This document shows positions 58,019 through 64,000 of a stretch of 64,000 nt of DNA, one piece after another; the stretch's first letter is position 1, and every line of letters begins with the position of its first letter. A program made the translations under genes and the position numbers. The stretch comes from a virus. Lineage: Duplodnaviria > Caudoviricetes. Location: the IMG/VR virus record IMGVR_UViG_2925514151_000008, positions 8,203-72,202 of that record. One strand, given 5' to 3'. The notes below the pieces were generated by a model, which did no database searches, was not told the DNA's origin, and saw nothing but the letters and a program-made list of their open reading frames with translations.

Positions 58019-59866
58019 TTATTCATCAATGGCGCATAGCAATGCGCTCTGGCTGATAACATAAACCCGGTGCTTTTCCCCGTTGACCGATACGCGTTTG
58101 GTAAAGCGTCGTCTGCCGTCCACGTCACGGTCAGCAATTGCGCCCGCATCATCCAGACTGGCCGCAATGCGTTTCAGGTCATAGCCGCTGGCTGCCTCGC
58201 ATAGTGCATCCTGTAAAAACCAGTACAGCCGTCCGCCGTTGCTGTCCGGTTTCCACCATCCTGCACGGTTGTTCACGGCCTCCCCGTGTACCCCCGTTCC
58301 CTCAAAGCGTGCAGCATGGCGGGCAATAAACCCGGCAACGGCGCGAAGAATCTTCACATCCTCGGACTGGCCCCGCCCCCGGTATTCCGTCCACGCCTCA
58401 AACATGGCCCGCACGGCGGCCAGCGCTTCCCCCTGCTTCCACGGCAGAATCTCCGCCGTGATTGCCATTTCTCCCGCCAGCGCACACAGGGTAAAACGCG
58501 CGGCAGCGCGGGCTTCCTGCCCGGTACTGACCGGGAATTGTTCGCGCAGCCGGGCGAACAATTCCCCCAGCGTCTGGCTGTCGCTGTTATTGCTGGTGCT
58601 GCTGGTCTGGCTGCGGGAAATGAGCCAGCGCACAAACTCCGGCCCGGCGTGGCCGTAATGGCTGGCCGCATTGCCGCGAAGGGTTTCGGCAAACTTCTGG
58701 CCAGCACCCCGGCGCTCCGCGTCGTTGTCCGGGTTGTGCGGTAGCTCCATGCCGTGGAGAAAATCAAACGCCCCGTAAAGCCGTTGCGCCGGAATATCCA
58801 GCAGGCGCATTTCCTGCCCGGCCTTAATGCGCTGGCCGCCGCTTTCCATGTGCTTACCCACAGTCATTTCCCCGGTGGAAATGATGATAGTGCGCCAGAC
58901 GTTGACCGGGCGGGCCATGCCGGACACCTTGCCGCGCTGGCGGCCCGTGCCGTTGCCTAACTGGTAAATTAGCCCGCCAATGTCTTTGGCTGGAGCCTCG
59001 CCGATTTCGTCCAGAATCAGCGCGGTATCGTTGCGCATGGTCGCCAGTCCTTCCAGTCCGGTACTGGTGGCGTTCCAGTTGCGTTTAAAGTTGCGAGGCT
59101 CACCCCAGACGCTACAGGCCACCAGTGCGCCCACGCTTTTGCCGCTGGAACTGTCGCCCACGAAGTGGAACCCGCCGCTGTCCACGTCCAGCAGCGACAG
59201 CAGAGGCCCGGCCAGCGCCGCACATACGGCCATCATCGGAACGGGGTTGCCACGACACAGGGCGGCCACACTATCGCGCCAGCCCTCCGCCGTGCCTGCG
59301 GTGGTGTATTCCTGAGAGCCTGCCTCCGTGGACTGAAACACCACATCACCCGCACCGATAATGCCACCCGGCATCACGAACAAATCAGGCGAGTGCCAGC
59401 CCGTGGCCGTGGCGGCCAGCGCGTGGCGTTTTGGGGTTGAATCCATCAGGTAATCTGTCAGCGCCTGCCGTTGCTTCTGCGGGATAGTCACACCCATGCG
59501 CAGCAGTTCGCCACGAAGTTCACTGCCGTCACCCGCCAGCATTTCCATTGGTGCGGCCCATTCGCGCCACTCGCCTTTCGGGGTAAGAAAGCGCAGCAAC
59601 CGCCCGTAGTTTTCCCCTTTGTCGTCACTGGTCATGGCGATGACTTCCAGTGGAGAGCAAATAAGCGTGTCGGTATTGGTGGCATCGCGCACCCCGTGCC
59701 AGTAAAGGCCCGGTTTCAGTATCTGGCCACCATCCACCTGCGCATACTGTGCATGGGTGGCATAGCCCGGACGTGCCGGGCTGACTTTCGGGTATTTGGC
59801 GCGGGGCTTTTTGCGCTGTCCCGCGCCTGTGGTTTTTGCTGGTTGGCCGTCAGGCTTCTGGCTCAT
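58019..59866 (-). CDS. DUF927 replicative helicase
   Basis: TGWH, Walker A GDSSSGKS, LILDEIG, GQEMRLLDI. Confidence 0.88.
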   Translation of the reverse strand: MSQKPDGQPAKTTGAGQRKKPRAKYPKVSPARPGYATHAQYAQVDGGQILKPGLYWHGVRDATNTDTLICSPLEVIAMTSDDKGENYGRLLRFLTPKGEWREWAAPMEMLAGDGSELRGELLRMGVTIPQKQRQALTDYLMDSTPKRHALAATATGWHSPDLFVMPGGIIGAGDVVFQSTEAGSQEYTTAGTAEGWRDSVAALCRGNPVPMMAVCAALAGPLLSLLDVDSGGFHFVGDSSSGKSVGALVACSVWGEPRNFKRNWNATSTGLEGLATMRNDTALILDEIGEAPAKDIGGLIYQLGNGTGRQRGKVSGMARPVNVWRTIIISTGEMTVGKHMESGGQRIKAGQEMRLLDIPAQRLYGAFDFLHGMELPHNPDNDAERRGAGQKFAETLRGNAASHYGHAGPEFVRWLISRSQTSSTSNNSDSQTLGELFARLREQFPVSTGQEARAAARFTLCALAGEMAITAEILPWKQGEALAAVRAMFEAWTEYRGRGQSEDVKILRAVAGFIARHAARFEGTGVHGEAVNNRAGWWKPDSNGGRLYWFLQDALCEAASGYDLKRIAASLDDAGAIADRDVDGRRRFTKRVSVNGEKHRVYVISQSALLCAIDE

Positions 59867-60893
59867 TTTCTATCGTCCATATCATCAGGTCGTTAAAGTC
59901 GGACAGTTCGACGGGCGCACCGGGCGGCCACTCCGGGGAGACCACCATACACCCGGCCAGATACGCCGCCTCATTGGCGGCCCGGTCACCGGGGTTATCT
60001 TTAGATGTCCGGTCATCATCCCCGGCAATCACCATCTGAATGCCTGAGCCGTAGCGCCCACGCAGCGCCAGCGCCACATGTTTAAGGTTTCCTGCGTTCA
60101 TTGCACACACTACGGCCTGAATATCCCAGAATTGCAGTAGGGCGGCCCCGGTGGCCCAGCCCTCACACACATACACGTCATGCTGTGGGGCGTCCGGGCT
60201 CATTTGGTCAAAGTCCCCCATCACATGAAAAGCAAACTTCACCTGCCCGTTACGCAAAAACAGCTTGTGCCCGTCCGGGCGGATAGTCTGCACATTTACC
60301 AGTTCGCCGCGCACGTTGTGCAGGGGTACCAGCAAATCATGACCGGATTGATATAACCCGTGAGGCAGTAGCCGTTTAGCGGTCAGATACGGATGATAGG
60401 GGCTGGCCCTCTCTGCATTACTCAGTAATTCAAACGCCCTGCAGGCGGTCAGTTTATGAAGGCGCTGCCGCTGCTGTTGTTCGGTCTGCCTCAACTGGAC
60501 GACATCCCGCTCTGCTGCCTCCAACCGTTCTCGCTGAGCCTCACGCTGTCCGGTGTTCATAGTATCGGACTTACACAATGGGGGCAGACAGAGGCCCAGC
60601 CTGTCAGCCACAATGCGAGCGGCATCGATTTGGCGTAGGTTCCAGAGGTACGCCCCCAGTGATACAAGATCGCCTCCGCCGTCACCCGTGGCGAAGTCGT
60701 GCCAGCGGCCATCTAGAAGCGAAACAGAGAAGCTCCCGGCGTGACGGTCTGCCCGGGTGGGATTGCGACACGACCATTCACAAGCCTGTCGTTTACCTTC
60801 TGGCAGCCATTCCGGCACGAGAATTTCAGTGTATTGAGTGGCGGCAGCGGCCACTCTGCGGATTGCGTTGATTGTTGTGGCTATATCAGACAT
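59850..60893 (-). CDS. TOPRIM-domain primase
   Basis: NPTR.D...GSFSV, VCEGWATG, AGDDD, SDFND; ATG 60893 with GGAG RBS. Confidence 0.88.
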   Translation of the reverse strand: MSDIATTINAIRRVAAAATQYTEILVPEWLPEGKRQACEWSCRNPTRADRHAGSFSVSLLDGRWHDFATGDGGGDLVSLGAYLWNLRQIDAARIVADRLGLCLPPLCKSDTMNTGQREAQRERLEAAERDVVQLRQTEQQQRQRLHKLTACRAFELLSNAERASPYHPYLTAKRLLPHGLYQSGHDLLVPLHNVRGELVNVQTIRPDGHKLFLRNGQVKFAFHVMGDFDQMSPDAPQHDVYVCEGWATGAALLQFWDIQAVVCAMNAGNLKHVALALRGRYGSGIQMVIAGDDDRTSKDNPGDRAANEAAYLAGCMVVSPEWPPGAPVELSDFNDLMIWTIENEPEA

Positions 60894-61119
60894 GGTGTCT
60901 CCTTCTGAATGACTGGAGTTCCTTGAATATCTGGTGCTGACGGTAAATGTCCACAACGTCATACATACGCTGGATATTTTCTAGGGTAGGTGTCAGCGAA
61001 GCCTCCATATCAAGTAATTTCGCGAGGGATGTACCGACCGTGTCTCTCGTTTCTTGCTGTATCACTTTGTCCAATACCGTTGGAGTTGATGTGTTACATA
61101 TGTGGTTTATATTACTCAT
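60886..61119 (-). CDS. Hypothetical protein
   Basis: AGGAG RBS; stop overlaps primase start. Confidence 0.65.
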   Translation of the reverse strand: MSNINHICNTSTPTVLDKVIQQETRDTVGTSLAKLLDMEASLTPTLENIQRMYDVVDIYRQHQIFKELQSFRRRHHV

Positions 61120-61218
61120 CGCCACTCCTTTAAATTTTTTATAATAAGTGTATTTTATTTTTACCAAGAGCATGTGAGTGAAAATAAAAACTATCTGTCT
61201 GTTGGTAAGGGATTTTTA

Positions 61219-61416
61219 TCATATATTTCGGTGCCGAGACTCATGGATGCGTTTGTTTATCCATTCAATAACTTCATCTTCAAACCAACCAATGCGACGA
61301 ATACCTATGCGAAATCCTGGTGGAAAGTCACCGATGTTAATCATGTCCTGAAGTGAGCTGTCAGATTTTATACGCAGAATTGCCTTTACTTCCTGTTTGG
61401 TGAGGATCTTTTTCAT
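61219..61416 (-). CDS. alpA: AlpA-family regulator/excisionase
   Basis: IL...EV...GDFPPGFRIGIRRIGWFEDEVIEWI. Confidence 0.88.
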   Translation of the reverse strand: MKKILTKQEVKAILRIKSDSSLQDMINIGDFPPGFRIGIRRIGWFEDEVIEWINKRIHESRHRNI

Positions 61417-61495
61417 GGTTAAGTTCCACTGAATACCGGGTTACTCCGGCGATAAGTGGATATTGGCACAGTTTATTTTGGTTGATAAGACATAA

Positions 61496-61544
61496 TAAAA
61501 TGCACTGCCTGCATAGTAAAATACTATGCAGGCAGTGCATTTTA
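61496..61544. repeat. 23-bp perfect inverted repeat, 3-nt loop
   Basis: TAAAATGCACTGCCTGCATAGTA-aaa-TACTATGCAGGCAGTGCATTTTA. Confidence 0.9.
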
Positions 61545-61546
61545 AT

Positions 61547-62614
61547 CTACAGTTTATTGACTATATAATTTCTTGTCTTTAAGTATGCGCGAAGGTGTTT
61601 TATTATTGTCCTTTCAGTCCACATAAAAAATTTTGGAATGGCAGGGTCAGGGTTATCCCTGTGTTTGATTATTGCTTCAGCCCATTTCTCTGGGCTGATT
61701 AATAATTTTCGACTTTTGCATTCTTCAGGGAATTTTTTTAAAATAATTTCTGCAGTTTTTATTAGCTCCATCCTCAACTCTTCATTTCGGATGCTGTTTC
61801 CATGTGCTTTTTCCGGAGTGTCAATCGGTTTCTCGATTAAATTTGATTTTTCTTGCTGCGTAAGGTGCGGTAATCTACTGCACTGAAATATTTTCTCTAC
61901 GTCAGACTTTGTTAAGAAAATATCTTTCTGGGTGAAGCCTCCAAATTCGTCAGATGTGGCTGTTACGTTGTGTATCTCATCATTGATGATTAATTTAGGC
62001 TTAAGCTCAAAAGGGAATATTTCGCTGGCACTATTCATATCATTGGTTAGATCTTGTTCATCACTTATTTCCCATATACCATAAATATAACACCCATATA
62101 TCTCATTTTTAAATGTATGTTCATTGGTATTTGTAGTGATTACTTTTATATGGCCGTTAGGTAGGATAACTTGTGAGTGTTTATAAAATGTATTGCGAAT
62201 TAAACTTTCCATTATTGCTTTGTTTTTGTCTAATTGTGAATTTATTTTTTCTCTTTCATCTTTGTTAATGAATATCAAGTCTTCGTTATTCTCTTCAGAG
62301 ATGATAACTCTTTTGCTACCATTTTCCTCAATGAGAATCCCTCGTTTTCTGCCATCATTTTCTTCGTCAATATATGCCTTTTGTATTACTGGACCATTAG
62401 CCTCAAAGAGCGCGGTCTCACTTTCAAAGACAATGAAAGCAGGAACCTCTTCACGTAAATTGACAGAAAGTGTTATAAGCCCCTCATCATGCCAGTGTAA
62501 AAAATCTTCTTCTTTACAATTCAGTAGATTAGCGGCTCTGATGATGCTGCAGTACTCCAGCGGAGGCATCTCTTTTTCTTCCCAAATACTTTTAGATAAC
62601 TTTTCATCAACCAT
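61547..62614 (-). CDS. AT-rich hypothetical protein between int and alpA
   Basis: 355 aa; N-terminal LEYCSIIRAANLLNC..EDFLHW HTH-like. Confidence 0.75.
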   Translation of the reverse strand: MVDEKLSKSIWEEKEMPPLEYCSIIRAANLLNCKEEDFLHWHDEGLITLSVNLREEVPAFIVFESETALFEANGPVIQKAYIDEENDGRKRGILIEENGSKRVIISEENNEDLIFINKDEREKINSQLDKNKAIMESLIRNTFYKHSQVILPNGHIKVITTNTNEHTFKNEIYGCYIYGIWEISDEQDLTNDMNSASEIFPFELKPKLIINDEIHNVTATSDEFGGFTQKDIFLTKSDVEKIFQCSRLPHLTQQEKSNLIEKPIDTPEKAHGNSIRNEELRMELIKTAEIILKKFPEECKSRKLLISPEKWAEAIIKHRDNPDPAIPKFFMWTERTIIKHLRAYLKTRNYIVNKL

Positions 62615-62740
62615 ATATGCTCCCTGGATAACAGCTTACGAATTATCATGAGTCTAAGAGTAACTTGTTCGGTTTTGAATGGTTCTAACTGGTTTTCACC
62701 GGTTAAATTCGGTAAATACTTATAGACTTCCATCAGCAGA

Positions 62741-64000
62741 TTAGGCGGTCTTACCAATCAGATATAATCTCTGTGCGCCATCGGCAGCCAACATTTGCCC
62801 GGTAGCTGCAGTTTCTACAAATTCGCCCCACCAGCTCATTAATACCTTACGTTGTTCCAGATAGGTTGAACGGTTGTAGGCGCGGCGCACTTCGTTCGTG
62901 TCTACATGCGCGAGGGCTGCCTCTATTACATCTGACGGAAACCCGGCTTCATTTGCTGCTGTACTGAATATGGCCCGCAAACCATGAGAAACAAGAATGC
63001 CTTTGTAGCCCATACGGCGTAACGCTGCATTGGCAGTCTGGCTGTTCATCGACTGTTTGGGGTCTTTGGCGGACGGGAAAATGTATTCGCGGTGGCCGCT
63101 GATAGGTCGCATAGCATCCAAAATCGCTAACGCTTGTGAGGGGAGGGGGATGGTGTGCTCGCGACGCATCTTCATTCGACCAGCAGGTATTGTCCATGTG
63201 CTTGTGTTAAGGTCTATTTCAGACCAGCGGGCTGACGCAGACTCTGCTGGCCGGGTTACGGTCAGCAATTGCCATTCAATCAGTAGCCGGGTCTGTAACT
63301 CGATGCTGGCAACAGAAAGAGTTTTCATCAGATCGGGAAGTGCTTCAGGCCTGATGGTAGGCATATTCTTTTTGACAGGTGCCTGGAATGCTTTACGGAT
63401 CTTAGCAGCGGGGTTAGAAAGTATCAGACCAGCATTTACCGCGTAATCCATCACCTCGTTGATACGCTGAATAACCCGCTTTAATGCTTCCAGTTTGCCA
63501 CTGGCTTTAATCGGATCCAGAGCTGTAATGAAGTCACGAGCAACTAGGCTGGTGATAGGACGGTTGCCAATCCAAGGTATGACATGCTTTTCTAGCGATC
63601 GCCAAATATCTTTAATGGTGTTAGGTGCCAGTTGCTCTGTTTTTTTCAACTCATACCAATCGGCAGCTACTTTAGCGAAGGTGTTTTGGCTGGCAATCAG
63701 TTCTTGATCACGAAGTTGCTGCTGGTGGATTTGCGGATCGATATCACGTTCTAACAGGGCTCGAGCGCGTTCCCTCATCCGACGGGCATCGGCTAGCGAT
63801 ACCATGGGAAATGCCCCAAATGATATCATTGCTCGTTTCTTCGATATGGGGCGGTAGTACCGAAAGCGCCATAGTTTGGAATTACTACCTGGCTTTATCA
63901 GTAACTCCAGCCCCTCGCCATCATAAAGCGTTTCAGGCTTATCATTGGCTTTTGCTGCTTTAACTTCGCTATTGGTTAATGGTCTTGTGTGCCTTGCCAT
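62741..64000 (-). CDS. int: P4-like tyrosine integrase
   Basis: Arm-binding LYDGEGLELL..WRFRY; catalytic TRP.E, RMKMRREH, HGLR, LAH, AYNR. Confidence 0.95.
   Translation of the reverse strand: MARHTRPLTNSEVKAAKANDKPETLYDGEGLELLIKPGSNSKLWRFRYYRPISKKRAMISFGAFPMVSLADARRMRERARALLERDIDPQIHQQQLRDQELIASQNTFAKVAADWYELKKTEQLAPNTIKDIWRSLEKHVIPWIGNRPITSLVARDFITALDPIKASGKLEALKRVIQRINEVMDYAVNAGLILSNPAAKIRKAFQAPVKKNMPTIRPEALPDLMKTLSVASIELQTRLLIEWQLLTVTRPAESASARWSEIDLNTSTWTIPAGRMKMRREHTIPLPSQALAILDAMRPISGHREYIFPSAKDPKQSMNSQTANAALRRMGYKGILVSHGLRAIFSTAANEAGFPSDVIEAALAHVDTNEVRRAYNRSTYLEQRKVLMSWWGEFVETAATGQMLAADGAQRLYLIGKTA

Larger units (their letters stand above)
44710..64000 (-). mobile_element. Capsid-less satellite-like integrative island (int-alpA-primase-DUF927; CP4/PICMI-like)
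   Basis: P4-type integrase at right end, AlpA, TOPRIM, helicase, iterons, Icd-like gene; att at left. Confidence 0.85.

Overview
Two mobile elements lie back to back in an enterobacterial chromosome (gene content suggests Klebsiella, an inference). (1) <1-44724: most of a lambdoid, HK97-head siphoprophage. It runs from a 434-type cI/cro switch through replication, three DNA methyltransferases, Q, lysis (no recognisable spanins), an Acb2-like anti-CBASS gene, cos/terminase, head, tail and an SGNH-esterase tailspike, then ends in an SOS module (umuDC, DUF4365 moron, SRAP). A complete group II intron (38826-40734) sits inside the LexA box of the umuD promoter, and its EBS1/EBS2 loops are complementary to that SOS box. 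(2) 44710->64000: a capsid-less, satellite-like island (P4-type integrase, AlpA, TOPRIM primase, DUF927 helicase, iteron origin, Icd-like gene). Its cargo includes an operon with two single-motif PLD-like proteins, scrambled remnants of a DarB-like polyvalent protein and HTH-regulated unknown genes. The two elements meet at a 15-bp copy of the tRNA-Pro(GGG) 3' end. Best leads: the SOS-box-targeting intron, the paired-PLD candidate defence operon, and a candidate structured ncRNA behind acb2. All family assignments come from motif recognition by eye, with no database searches.
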